Source: a virus
Reading direction: 5' to 3' (one strand)
IMG/VR virus record: IMGVR_UViG_3300025133_006890
Span: 1 to 64,000 of that record
Length of the DNA stretch: 64,000 nucleotides
Shown here piece after piece: positions 25,791 to 35,678 of the stretch; within the stretch, counting starts at the first letter, position 1, and every line of letters begins with the position of its first letter. The position numbers were made by a program, and so were the translations under genes. The notes beneath the pieces were generated by a model. The model did no database searches. It worked only from the letters and a program-made list of their open reading frames with translations, and was not told the DNA's origin.

Positions 25791-26836
25791 TAATTGCTGC
25801 TGCTGGCAAATCGTCAAGATTTCCCAATACTCGACCGAAATGGCTGTTGACACACCCTCGCGGAGATTTAATGGTCACTGCGTCTATCAGGGGCCTTCCT
25901 GTGAATGAGTTCGAAATGATTCATTTGGTTGTCTTAAAAGAGCACTTGGAAAAGTATCAATGTGAGGGCGGGATAAAAGATGCCTTTGATATGATGGGTA
26001 TCCGCGACAAACTAAACTTGGTCGTGTTGGATGAGCCAACTAGAAATCAGCCGGAAACGGTTAGCGCCTGCCTTCAAAAGACTCAACGTCAAACCTCTTT
26101 CTTTATCAAAGATGCGGATAACTATTTTGAATCTAATTTTATTGAACCAAATTCAATTTCGACATATAATCTCATGAACATGAATAGCGTTAATGCGAGT
26201 AACAAGAGTTACGTTGAAAAGAACGAGAAAGGGCTAGTCACTAATATCATTGAAAAGCAGGTTATTTCGTCAGAATTCTGTTGCGGAGGTTATTCATTCG
26301 CTTCCCCAGAGCAGTTTCTAAAAAACTTTAATGAGATTAAGCATCACGACAATCTTTATTTATCTCATGTCATATTTCAAATGATTTTGAATGGAGTTTC
26401 GTTTACCACAATGCCGGTTCGTGAATACTCTGACTGGGGAACGCAGACAGATTGGAATGAATACAAGTCTAAGTTTGGAACTTATTTTATAGATATTGAT
26501 GGGTTGCTGGTAGAGAACTCTGGACGATTCTTTGAACCATTTTGGGGAACGACCGAAGCTATTCAAGAGAATGTTGATCTCATTAATAAACTTTATTATT
26601 CTGGTAAATCTCAAATTATATTAACCACATCGAGAAGTCATAACCATTCTATTCCCACTGTTAATCAGTTGAAGAGAATTGGCATGCAATACCATCAGAT
26701 TGTATATGATTTGATGCACTGCAAGAGAACCATCATAAACGACTATGCTGCGACCAACGCTTATCCCTCATGCGCCGCAATCAACATTAATAGAGATAGT
26801 CGCACAGAATTGACAACTAAACTAGCTGGAGTTTGA
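25781..26836 (+). CDS. Sugar-nucleotidyltransferase-like domain fused to C-terminal HAD (capsule-phosphatase-like) domain
   Basis: IIAAAGKSSRFPNTRPKWLL, IKDAD, IIEKQVIS, DWGT; FIDIDGLL, LTTSR, IIND. Confidence 0.85.
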   Translation: MDLIIAAAGKSSRFPNTRPKWLLTHPRGDLMVTASIRGLPVNEFEMIHLVVLKEHLEKYQCEGGIKDAFDMMGIRDKLNLVVLDEPTRNQPETVSACLQKTQRQTSFFIKDADNYFESNFIEPNSISTYNLMNMNSVNASNKSYVEKNEKGLVTNIIEKQVISSEFCCGGYSFASPEQFLKNFNEIKHHDNLYLSHVIFQMILNGVSFTTMPVREYSDWGTQTDWNEYKSKFGTYFIDIDGLLVENSGRFFEPFWGTTEAIQENVDLINKLYYSGKSQIILTTSRSHNHSIPTVNQLKRIGMQYHQIVYDLMHCKRTIINDYAATNAYPSCAAININRDSRTELTTKLAGV

Positions 26837-26837
26837 A

Positions 26838-27623
26838 ATGAAAATTGGAGTAGCAATATCTGTATACAATAAAGGACACTTTGTGGCCACCAACATGCAC
26901 ATATTTGATGAGCTGTGGGTAGATAAACCCTATGTTTCGGTTTGTTGTAACGATTTTGGAACGTTTAAAAAGCTCAAGGGATTGAACCTTGACTCTCTTG
27001 TCTTGGGAAGAGATTTACCATATGCTACCAAGCCACAATTAAGGTTGAGACAACATGATTGTATAAGAACATCTATTCTAGCAGCCGCCCCACATTGTGA
27101 CTACATCATTCATTGGCACGCCGATGCATTTGCCCTAGATCAAAATGAAGTAGAGAAACTCATCGGACACATGGAGAAAAATCACTGTCACTTTGCCGCA
27201 AGGGGTTTGTGGAAGTCTTATCGAGATGTCAAAATTCCAGATGGGGATTTAGATGATCACTTTTTCATTATTAAATCAGATCAGGCGCTATTAGTATTCG
27301 GAGAAGGCAGAGAGGCTCCATATAACAACTATGTTGAGTCGCTATCTGCTGCCGGATTGTGTTCGGAAGGTATATTATCAAACGTGGTTCAACGTGTTAT
27401 ACCACAAGATAGAATCCATATCTATTCGGATATGGGAGAGTGCGAAGTTCTACCAAGCAACCGAGTAGATAGAAGATATTCTGATGGAATTGCTCACAGG
27501 ACTTTGCCACCTGTAAACTTTGACAAAGAAAGAAAGTTTTTACATTGTGATGATTTGCAGGAACTTGTTAAAATATTTAAAGAACAGAACATCAACACTG
27601 ATTATATCGTAGGAGAATTATAA
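26838..27623 (+). CDS. Hypothetical protein, possible GT-A fold glycosyltransferase
   Basis: IGVAISVYNK N-terminus and DYIIHWHADA resemble degenerate GT2 motifs; cluster context. Confidence 0.55.
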   Translation: MKIGVAISVYNKGHFVATNMHIFDELWVDKPYVSVCCNDFGTFKKLKGLNLDSLVLGRDLPYATKPQLRLRQHDCIRTSILAAAPHCDYIIHWHADAFALDQNEVEKLIGHMEKNHCHFAARGLWKSYRDVKIPDGDLDDHFFIIKSDQALLVFGEGREAPYNNYVESLSAAGLCSEGILSNVVQRVIPQDRIHIYSDMGECEVLPSNRVDRRYSDGIAHRTLPPVNFDKERKFLHCDDLQELVKIFKEQNINTDYIVGEL

Positions 27624-28312
27624 TGTCATTTAATAGAGGATTAGCGCAGAGCATGTTTGGCGTCGGTACAGAAAAGGAATTGCGCGATAAGTTGTATGGG
27701 CGATGGAGTGATTTAACACCAGCTGAAAATGGTTGTATTTTAAGAAGATTAAGCGAATTTGATGAACCAAAATATTGCGAGATTGGTGTTTATTTCGGGG
27801 GCAATTTCTTTAATGTCAGCGAGTTCCTGAAATCATCAAAAGAGAATTATTATATGTATGGGATTGATCTCTTTGAGAATCTTATTACAGAAACACAAGA
27901 GTCTCAAACTCACGACTTGTTCAACAAATGGAACATGTTAAATACTTCCGTTCACGGGGAACTAACAGAGGCTTTACGCAACTTTGGTTCTGAGAAGTTC
28001 TCCCTGCTGAAGGGTTATTCCCACAGAATAGCGGCACACCTTCCAGAAAAGTGTGACGTATTCTTCATTGACGGAAACCACACATACGAGCAGACAATGT
28101 TGGACGCACTGGCGTGTTCCAAGCGGGCCTCCGGTGGAAGTTACTTGATTTTCCACAATGCTTCTGATAACATTAAACCTGATCCGGAATATGTTGAAGA
28201 GGATGGAGGGCCACATCGTGTCGTCGAAGATCTCTGCAAGGATGATAAATTTGAATTCGTTGAGCGCATCGAGCGTTGCGCGGTTGTGAGGGTGAGGGAT
28301 GAACAACATTGA
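27623..28312 (+). CDS. Class I SAM-dependent methyltransferase (Methyltransf_24-like)
   Basis: YCEIGVYFGG, GIDLF, DVFFIDGNHTYE, YLIFHN. Confidence 0.85.
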   Translation: MSFNRGLAQSMFGVGTEKELRDKLYGRWSDLTPAENGCILRRLSEFDEPKYCEIGVYFGGNFFNVSEFLKSSKENYYMYGIDLFENLITETQESQTHDLFNKWNMLNTSVHGELTEALRNFGSEKFSLLKGYSHRIAAHLPEKCDVFFIDGNHTYEQTMLDALACSKRASGGSYLIFHNASDNIKPDPEYVEEDGGPHRVVEDLCKDDKFEFVERIERCAVVRVRDEQH

Positions 28313-29096
28313 GGTTACGATGCACATTACGTCGTTTAACAGACCAAAACGACTCAAAGCTTGTGTAGAATCATTCTTTTCCACATGCCTATACGACATG
28401 TCAAAGTTGGAACTGATTATAGTGGACAACGGTTCAACAGATACACAAGTCACAGATTACATTAAAGCCCTCAGTCCGCCCTGCGCTAAGTATTCATTCA
28501 TATTGAATGAAAGGAATGACTATCCAAGCTGTCTGCGGTTTGCAAAGATTCAGGCTCGTAAGGAGGCAGCTGGCAAGTTTTTTATTGACTGCCCCGATGA
28601 CCATATTTTTGTGGTTCAATCAGATTGGATTGGGGATAGCATTGCGAATCTTCACCAAGACAATACAATCGGGTGCGTTATCCACTTTGCCCAGCCACAA
28701 TATCGATATGCCAAGTTGAACAACAAGATGATGCTACAGCCCACTGGACTATTTCGATCAATTTACAAGGGATACGCTGACTATCACGTAATGAAGCGGG
28801 CCGTTTATGAGCGTCTTGGAGAATATGAATACAAACTTGGGCGTAAAGCCGAGGGCGAGTATATGGATCGGGCTTTGAGTTGCGGGTATTATAGAAATAT
28901 AATGAGATTGCCCGTCGCCTTGATAAACGACGACGGATATTCTTTTTCAAAATCAATAAGTATGGAAGATTTGGCTAGAGTTTTTGAAAAGCAAGAACAT
29001 CCCGTAACAAATGAGCAGTTGATTTCATTAGCAGTTCAGATGAATCTAATTTCTATGGAGAATGATGACAAACCCTCTGATCACTTATCACGTTAA
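28299..29096 (+). CDS. Glycosyltransferase, GT2 family
   Basis: ITSFNRPKRLKACVES, LIIVDNGSTD, DCPDD. Confidence 0.82.
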   Translation: MNNIEVTMHITSFNRPKRLKACVESFFSTCLYDMSKLELIIVDNGSTDTQVTDYIKALSPPCAKYSFILNERNDYPSCLRFAKIQARKEAAGKFFIDCPDDHIFVVQSDWIGDSIANLHQDNTIGCVIHFAQPQYRYAKLNNKMMLQPTGLFRSIYKGYADYHVMKRAVYERLGEYEYKLGRKAEGEYMDRALSCGYYRNIMRLPVALINDDGYSFSKSISMEDLARVFEKQEHPVTNEQLISLAVQMNLISMENDDKPSDHLSR

Positions 29097-29712
29097 TACG
29101 TTTAATAATCTTTTCTTTATTAAAAACTTGGTCATGAGCTTCAAAGAGTGTAATGTCTACGACAATTACGAGTGGATTATTACAGATCACGGCTCTGAAG
29201 ACTACACAAAAGATTTTTTAGATGAACTGTCTTTAAGCGATTCGGTAACTTTAATGACTAAACCAGAGTCTGCTAAACGAGAAAGGCTGACAGACTTTAA
29301 AGGAGACTATCTCATTGAACTTACAGAGTTTTGTCAATTTATAAGAAAAGGTGATTGGGTATCTGAATACATTAGGCTGCAACAATCTGCCAAAGAGAGC
29401 ATTATTCCTGTTTATTATGGTGAGCCACTGCTAGTTGTTGGCAATTCAAACGATTGGGGAAATTATAGCACAGACTATTATGTTCACAAAAACAACGAAG
29501 TGTTTGGTTCCACAATGATATTTTTCAAATATCCGTTTGTTGTTTGTTTCCCCTCTACGTGGTCGATGCGATTAGGGATGATGATGCGACATTATTCATG
29601 TGATCAAACCGCTGTGCCGATTTTTGAAGAAGGCGAGTTACAGAGCAAATTTGCTGATTTGGAAAGGCCGGTCAGTTCTGACGAGATGATATTGATAAAG
29701 GGTATTAGATGA
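29062..29712 (+). CDS. Degenerate GT2-like protein, paralogue of the upstream gene
   Basis: VNTFNN, WIITDHGSED; C-terminal ERPVSSDEMI parallels EHPVTNEQLI of the upstream gene; DxD region appears lost. Confidence 0.55.
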   Translation: MMTNPLITYHVNTFNNLFFIKNLVMSFKECNVYDNYEWIITDHGSEDYTKDFLDELSLSDSVTLMTKPESAKRERLTDFKGDYLIELTEFCQFIRKGDWVSEYIRLQQSAKESIIPVYYGEPLLVVGNSNDWGNYSTDYYVHKNNEVFGSTMIFFKYPFVVCFPSTWSMRLGMMMRHYSCDQTAVPIFEEGELQSKFADLERPVSSDEMILIKGIR

Positions 29713-30749
29713 AAGTTGCATTTTTAATAGATAATCCACAGACTTTGCAAAGCATAGTTGGTCTGGTAGGCGAGTTTAGTCGTAATGGCCATGAGTGTGT
29801 AATCCACTGTACTTTTGATATGAATCACAATGACCAGAATCTTGTTTCGTGGAAAGTATTTAGTCACAGAGGAACCTTGTTAAGTAAGTTCTTGAAGGAA
29901 AAAGACCAATATGACAAAACAATTGGGATTAACATGTTCAATAACATTTGGTCAGACATGTATGAGAAAAACTCCAAAGATACATTTGCTGTAGAGTATT
30001 GTTGGAATGAGTTATATAACCACAAGAAAGACTTCAAAAGCAATACTACTTTGTTTACGAATACAGAGTGGTCTAGAGATTCCATAGTAAATTTGACGGA
30101 GTACGATAAAGTCAAGTTTCTTGGTAGCCCTTGGTTCGAGTTTATCTCCCAACATAAGTCAGAGAAAAGACAAGACTATATTGTGTTTATGGCGCCGCAT
30201 AATAGCTATTTTCAAAAGTTTCCCCAAGTCGGCTCTTCGTTATTAGCATTCTTGAACAACCTAAAGGAACAAACAAACAAGATGGGCTTGAAGTTGGTTC
30301 TTAAGACTCGTAAGAAGTATGGTTCAAGGCTAATAAGTCTTGGAACATTTGATGAGGTTGTCACAGATGAGAACCCATTCGACCACTTGAAGTTATACTC
30401 TCAGTCCCGTGGCGTGTTTCATTTCTGTTCGTCTGCTTTGATGGAGCTGGCTTTTCTTGAAGTTCCCAGCGTGTCAATGTACCCCGGACTACACAAAGCA
30501 CTGCACGACACTGACAAGTTTGATGAACCTGTGAAACTAATTGCAGATCGTTATTATAGTGGAGATATTCATGACTCTAGACATTCTCACAGGATAGGGT
30601 ATAATGAATATGCTGACTATGAACTACTCAAAAACATTCTTGACAACTTGGGAAACGATAAAAATTGGAGTGCATATAAGTCAGCCCACTTCTCTGGAGA
30701 TCATACCGGAGCCTCCAAGAGAATCATGGACCTTGTTACTAAATGCTAA
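29709..30749 (+). CDS. Hypothetical protein, probable GT-B fold transferase (candidate nonulosonate transferase)
   Basis: LGSPWFE, LVLKTR, CSSALMELAFLEVPSV, GASKRIMD follow the pattern of GT-B/glycerophosphotransferase-like capsule enzymes. Confidence 0.55.
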   Translation: MKVAFLIDNPQTLQSIVGLVGEFSRNGHECVIHCTFDMNHNDQNLVSWKVFSHRGTLLSKFLKEKDQYDKTIGINMFNNIWSDMYEKNSKDTFAVEYCWNELYNHKKDFKSNTTLFTNTEWSRDSIVNLTEYDKVKFLGSPWFEFISQHKSEKRQDYIVFMAPHNSYFQKFPQVGSSLLAFLNNLKEQTNKMGLKLVLKTRKKYGSRLISLGTFDEVVTDENPFDHLKLYSQSRGVFHFCSSALMELAFLEVPSVSMYPGLHKALHDTDKFDEPVKLIADRYYSGDIHDSRHSHRIGYNEYADYELLKNILDNLGNDKNWSAYKSAHFSGDHTGASKRIMDLVTKC

Positions 30750-31735
30750 TTGAAAAAATGCACATCAAAACAAACGCTTTATTAAACAAGTGTTTGAGGC
30801 CGAAGTCTGTTTACAACCAAGAGGGCCCTATTGATAATTTTGCCGTCATCGAGCATATTAGGAATTTGTACGAATGTATGAATGATGTTCCTTGTGGTCC
30901 ACCCTTTACTGTCGTTGTCCCTGAAATAAATGAAAATGATTATCAAAACAAGTTTCTCCAAGAAGTCCTTAATATTAAAAAGCTAATTAAGATGGACCCG
31001 CTGTATATTAAGGATATTTTGGTTCATGGAAGTATTGCTACGCTAGACTATGTTGAGGGCTGGAGTGATTTAGATTTAATAATTGTTCTAGATGCAGATG
31101 CTCTAAAGAATGAGCACAGCTTTACTAGCGTTAGCCGCAAAATTAGAGATATAGATAATTGTATTCGTAGGTTTGATCCACTACAACACCACGGCGCCCA
31201 TATTTTAATTCCTGATGATTTCGAGATGTATCCAAGCGTGTTTTTACCACCAGAGTTGTATAGTGAAGCGAAAAGTCTGATGGGAGAGTCTGAGTATGTT
31301 TTTTGGAAAGTGCCAAGTCACCAACAAGAACAAAATAGGCTGACTGCAATATGCGATACATTTATTCGGGCTGAACATGATGGGCTCATGCGCCACCATT
31401 CACACTGGGGCGAATATCTCAAAGATAATTTCCAAAATGCTGATAATGGAATGTATCAGATGAAGTATTTCCTATCAGTCATAATGTTGTTACCATCTTT
31501 GTTCATGAACAGGCAGGGCGTGTATTGTACAAAGAAAGATTCGTTCAACCTATGCAGGCAACAAGTCAGCGCTGAGAATTATGATATTATTGATAGAGCT
31601 TCTGGCATAAGAAATATGTTTGCCCAACGCGCCACCGCGAAAAACAATGAGATACCAAAGTGGCTCCAGAACGCGTTGGGAGAAAACTATTTCAGGCGTG
31701 CTTCCAGCCTAACGAAGGAGTTGATATTAAAATGA
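30743..31735 (+). CDS. Pol-beta-superfamily nucleotidyltransferase
   Basis: VHGSIATLDYVEGWSDLDLIIVL (GS..DxD motif). Confidence 0.8.
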   Translation: MLIEKMHIKTNALLNKCLRPKSVYNQEGPIDNFAVIEHIRNLYECMNDVPCGPPFTVVVPEINENDYQNKFLQEVLNIKKLIKMDPLYIKDILVHGSIATLDYVEGWSDLDLIIVLDADALKNEHSFTSVSRKIRDIDNCIRRFDPLQHHGAHILIPDDFEMYPSVFLPPELYSEAKSLMGESEYVFWKVPSHQQEQNRLTAICDTFIRAEHDGLMRHHSHWGEYLKDNFQNADNGMYQMKYFLSVIMLLPSLFMNRQGVYCTKKDSFNLCRQQVSAENYDIIDRASGIRNMFAQRATAKNNEIPKWLQNALGENYFRRASSLTKELILK

Positions 31736-32646
31736 ATCATTACGAAGACGTAATAGAAGAATTTTGCAAGGACAACCGAGATTTAGATATCTACCTCGCG
31801 GGCGAAGTATCTCACCCTGGTATCTCCGACTTAGATTTTCTCGTGTTGGACGAGAAGCCAAAGATCTCCGAGCGGGTCAAGGAACATCTCAAAGGCGGCA
31901 ACGTCATCATATTCCCCAGCCACTTGTTTCACAAGATTGACTACATTGAACAGTTCAATTTGAAGCTGCTGCAAGGACAGATTAGGGAACGAGAGAAGCC
32001 ACCAGAGAAAGAGTTTAAGACAGTTGAAATCATAGAGTGGAGCCCTGAGCGCTTTCTTTACTCTAATAGCAAAAGGATAAATGATGACAATATTCACTTA
32101 GCAATCAAATCAGTTCGCAGGAGCGTTGATAACACTCTGGAATATATATTGGAGCATCATAAAGGATTCGCTACGAAGGGGCAGAATGATTCATTTCTTC
32201 TATCAATCGACGATATTCGAAAGATAAGTTTAGAAGGGGTAAGCAAGCAGTTAGGTGTTCATCATTTTCTTTTGAGCAATCTTCTATGGACGTTTGAGTG
32301 TTACTTCGAAAGGTATTTCTCTCCGGAGACATTGACAGGTGTTGTTTCTATCACTGATTATTACGACTTTTGTGTACTTCAGCCCGGCTGCTCATCTAGC
32401 GCTTTACACGGAAACATTAGATTTCTGCTAAACTATTGGAAGTATCTGATCGAAAATGTTCCGTGTGAGCTATCAACCGAATTAAGTACGCGGTGTGACT
32501 TTCGTGATGACATACACCCGACAATTATCGACAAAGATTTTGAAGCGTTCATCGTTGAACGATGGAAGCTGTTGAACGAAGTGTTCGTATGGTTCAAGGA
32601 CAAAGGATTCAAAAAGGGGATGATTAAATATGGCTGGTTTGTTTGA
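31732..32646 (+). CDS. Nucleotidyltransferase-like protein
   Basis: YLAGEVSHPGISDLDFLVL; ATGA overlap and upstream AAGGAG support start 31732. Confidence 0.65.
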   Translation: MNHYEDVIEEFCKDNRDLDIYLAGEVSHPGISDLDFLVLDEKPKISERVKEHLKGGNVIIFPSHLFHKIDYIEQFNLKLLQGQIREREKPPEKEFKTVEIIEWSPERFLYSNSKRINDDNIHLAIKSVRRSVDNTLEYILEHHKGFATKGQNDSFLLSIDDIRKISLEGVSKQLGVHHFLLSNLLWTFECYFERYFSPETLTGVVSITDYYDFCVLQPGCSSSALHGNIRFLLNYWKYLIENVPCELSTELSTRCDFRDDIHPTIIDKDFEAFIVERWKLLNEVFVWFKDKGFKKGMIKYGWFV

Positions 32647-33835
32647 CACCGAGGTATTGGTTGTTCATTGTGTAGACACTGAAGGTCCAATCGGCGGCGA
32701 TGTCCGACGAAACCCCGACGGTTCAAAAGAATTTATGGACAACTGGGAAGACATCTCAGAATCCTTGGATGAGATCACCAGTTATGAGTTCCGCAACGAG
32801 AATCGTGATTCGGCTGGCTATCGATACAAATATAATTGGTTCATCATGGACTTTATGGGATTCAAAACTAACCCTAAGAACCGAGTCCAAGCTTACCACG
32901 ATACATACGATCACATAAAGGCCCTTAACACAGCCGAGGACGCGTTTGAGTGGCATTATCACCACCCTAACGCTGAAGGCGTAGGCGACCAGTGGAGCGA
33001 CGACTGGCGCACCTCACAGGAGTATTTACAGATTCTAGGCAGGCGCCTGTTGGAGAGAAACGATTTCCCTTCGGTTTACAGAGCGGGTGGCACTATTGAA
33101 GACAATAGGTGTTCACATTGGCTAGAAGAAAATATGATGATTGATTACAGCAATAGGGCATCCGATCAATCATTTGAAACTGATAATATATTTGATTTCA
33201 ACTGGTATGGTGCGCCAGATCACTGGGGCTATTATCATCCATCGTGGAAGGACTTTACAAAACCTGGAAATATGGATCGATACATTGTCCGGTGCGTTGA
33301 TTTAAAATCTAGGTTACACGAGTTATCACAAGAAGATGTAAATTTGGCCTTTTTTGAAGCTAAGTTCTTTAAGCGACCGGTCATTTTATCTTATTTTAGC
33401 CACGATCATAGAGATATGAGAGAAGAAACGAGACATGCCATCTCTATGATCAAGAAGGCAAGCGCAGAATATGGTGTTAGATTCCGGTGGTCAAGTGCGG
33501 TTGATGCACTATCCCGCGCCGCAAGCTTATATCCTATGCCCGGAATTCAGTCTGCGCTAATAGATCTGAAGAAGACAGAGAATGATTCTGTGTTGATTAA
33601 TTTTTCTGATTTTGTCTATCAAGAGCGACCTTTTGTGTTTACTCTTGACAAGGATAATAATGTTGAGTATCATGGCAATGTCTGGATTAATTGGACTGGA
33701 AATGGATTTCATACAGATTCAAGTGCACAACATGTCGGTTCAGCTAGGCTTAAAACATCAAAGAGACATAGTAGAATAGGTGTTGCGGCCCATGCGTGGT
33801 CTGGACACGCCAGATGGAAGGTAATGGATTTATAA
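32630..33835 (+). CDS. Hypothetical protein, possible carbohydrate deacetylase/glycoside-hydrolase-like barrel
   Basis: VHCVDTEG, WHYHHP, YRAGG, YFSHDH resemble the metal-binding motifs of CE4-like deacetylases. Confidence 0.5.
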   Translation: MAGLFDTEVLVVHCVDTEGPIGGDVRRNPDGSKEFMDNWEDISESLDEITSYEFRNENRDSAGYRYKYNWFIMDFMGFKTNPKNRVQAYHDTYDHIKALNTAEDAFEWHYHHPNAEGVGDQWSDDWRTSQEYLQILGRRLLERNDFPSVYRAGGTIEDNRCSHWLEENMMIDYSNRASDQSFETDNIFDFNWYGAPDHWGYYHPSWKDFTKPGNMDRYIVRCVDLKSRLHELSQEDVNLAFFEAKFFKRPVILSYFSHDHRDMREETRHAISMIKKASAEYGVRFRWSSAVDALSRAASLYPMPGIQSALIDLKKTENDSVLINFSDFVYQERPFVFTLDKDNNVEYHGNVWINWTGNGFHTDSSAQHVGSARLKTSKRHSRIGVAAHAWSGHARWKVMDL

Positions 33836-34428
33836 TGTATATTGTGTGTATCATACCAGCGAGAGGCGGAAGCAAGAGACTCCCGAGAAAGAACATTCTT
33901 CCAGTTCTTGGAAAGCCCATGATCGGCTGGACGATTGAAGCGGCCATGGGAAGTAGATACCTGAACAGGGACAACATATTTGTTTCATCAGAGGACACCG
34001 GAATACTTTTCGTTGCACAAAAATATGACACACGATACTTTCTGCGCTCTGCCGAGTTGGCTGGAGACAACATTTGGACGCAAGATGTTCTCAAGGATTT
34101 TGTACAAAATCTTGTTAACGTCAACATAACGACAGAATCAAAGCCATATATGCCAGACATTGTTGTCCGCTTACAGGCCAACTCTCCACAGATTGAGCCC
34201 GAGAAAGTCGATGAATGTATTGACAAATTGTTACAAAATGATTTATGGGAAGTATTTACCGTAGATCAAAACGGGATTGAAGATGGCGCAATCCATGTTA
34301 TGCGCGGTAAGTGTGTGTTCCAAGAAGCGCTGAGCGTCTATAAGGCCGTGGTAACTACAGATTATATTGATGTGCACACAAAAGAGGATTTAAAAAATGC
34401 CGAAGAAAAAATTAAAAAAAGAGACTGA
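33835..34428 (+). CDS. neuA: Acylneuraminate (nonulosonate) cytidylyltransferase
   Basis: IIPARGGSKRLPRKNI, GKPMIGWTIEAA, VSSED, LQANSP, IDVHTKED; TAATG start at 33835. Confidence 0.88.
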   Translation: MYIVCIIPARGGSKRLPRKNILPVLGKPMIGWTIEAAMGSRYLNRDNIFVSSEDTGILFVAQKYDTRYFLRSAELAGDNIWTQDVLKDFVQNLVNVNITTESKPYMPDIVVRLQANSPQIEPEKVDECIDKLLQNDLWEVFTVDQNGIEDGAIHVMRGKCVFQEALSVYKAVVTTDYIDVHTKEDLKNAEEKIKKRD

Positions 34429-35035
34429 TGTTCCAAAAGTGAAGAAGGAACGAAAGAAAAAAGAAGAAAAGAGAACCAAAGTGGATCGCAACATTCTGTA
34501 CGAGTTGGAGCGCAAGATGGTGAGTTTTCTTAGAACCAAGCATGGCGGCCAGCTTTGGCACTGGTCTATCGCGGTTCCATTGGTCGACACCAGATGGAAA
34601 TCGATATTGGATGCCAGTCCTGAACTTTTAGAAAAGCTGGAAACGAATAATGGTAAGCTTAGTGTGTTGTCGTTGGGATGTGGGTTTTGTATGCATTGGC
34701 CTCTGTTTCAAGAATATGGTGTCAAGAAGTTTGTTGGTGTTGATTTGTTTGAATTGAGAAATGTAGATACTGGCCATGACTTACAGAAGACTACTCAAAA
34801 TTTAGTTGATACTTTCTGCCAAAAGTCTAATACTAAATTATTTGAGGGAGATGTGAGAAATATTGATGAGCTTATGTCAAAGAATGGAAAGAAATCAAAG
34901 AAAAAGTTTGATATAGTTGTTGCTGCCACAGTCGATTATAAAAAACTTGGTTCTACTGGAATCTCAAAAGAATTGTTTGATTCTATTAGTGACAAATATT
35001 TGAAGAAAAATGGGCTAGCGATTTATGTGCCTTAA
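34397..35035 (+). CDS. Putative SAM-dependent methyltransferase with Lys-rich N-terminus
   Basis: VLSLGCG, FVGVDL, FEGDV, KFDIVV. Confidence 0.65.
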   Translation: MPKKKLKKETDVPKVKKERKKKEEKRTKVDRNILYELERKMVSFLRTKHGGQLWHWSIAVPLVDTRWKSILDASPELLEKLETNNGKLSVLSLGCGFCMHWPLFQEYGVKKFVGVDLFELRNVDTGHDLQKTTQNLVDTFCQKSNTKLFEGDVRNIDELMSKNGKKSKKKFDIVVAATVDYKKLGSTGISKELFDSISDKYLKKNGLAIYVP

Positions 35036-35678
35036 AATAAGCGTCATTATAACTTGCTATAACCTTGAAAAATATATAGCAAGAGCAATAGGCAGTTGTC
35101 TAAATCAATCTTTGGATTCATCGGCCTATGAAATCATTGTTGTTGATGATGCCTCAACAGATTCTAGTTGGGAAATAATTCAATCGTATGGTGGTTTGTT
35201 GACTCCTGTGCGGCACATTAAGAATTCGGGAGTCGCCGCCGCGTCTAATACTGGAATTGCAGAAGCAAAAGGGAGATATATCGTTAGAGTAGATGGCGAT
35301 GATTTTATTAATCGCAACTTTTTGTACACCATGAGCGAGATATTGGAGTGGAATGCGGATATTGGATTTGTTTATTGCGATCATATCGTTGTTAAAGAAG
35401 ACATGACAAGGAAGTTTTCAATCAATACTCTGGACAAACTTCTTAATCACGGAGCAGGAGTCATGTTTCGAAAGGAATATCTTGAAGCCATCGGCCTCTA
35501 CAAAGAAGAGTTAAAGAATTGTGAGGACTATGATTTAATACTAAGATACATCAAGAACTTTGATGGCTACAGGTTAAGGCTCCCATATTATCGGTATTTT
35601 AAGAGAGAGGGTAGCCTGTCTACACAACTAGAAGAAAGATTAAGAATTATAAAAGGTATCAATGATGGGGAAATTTAA
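35025..35678 (+). CDS. Glycosyltransferase, GT2 family
   Basis: SVIITCYNLEKYI, IVVDDASTD, GVAAASNTG, RVDGDD, CEDYDL. Confidence 0.93.
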   Translation: MCLKISVIITCYNLEKYIARAIGSCLNQSLDSSAYEIIVVDDASTDSSWEIIQSYGGLLTPVRHIKNSGVAAASNTGIAEAKGRYIVRVDGDDFINRNFLYTMSEILEWNADIGFVYCDHIVVKEDMTRKFSINTLDKLLNHGAGVMFRKEYLEAIGLYKEELKNCEDYDLILRYIKNFDGYRLRLPYYRYFKREGSLSTQLEERLRIIKGINDGEI

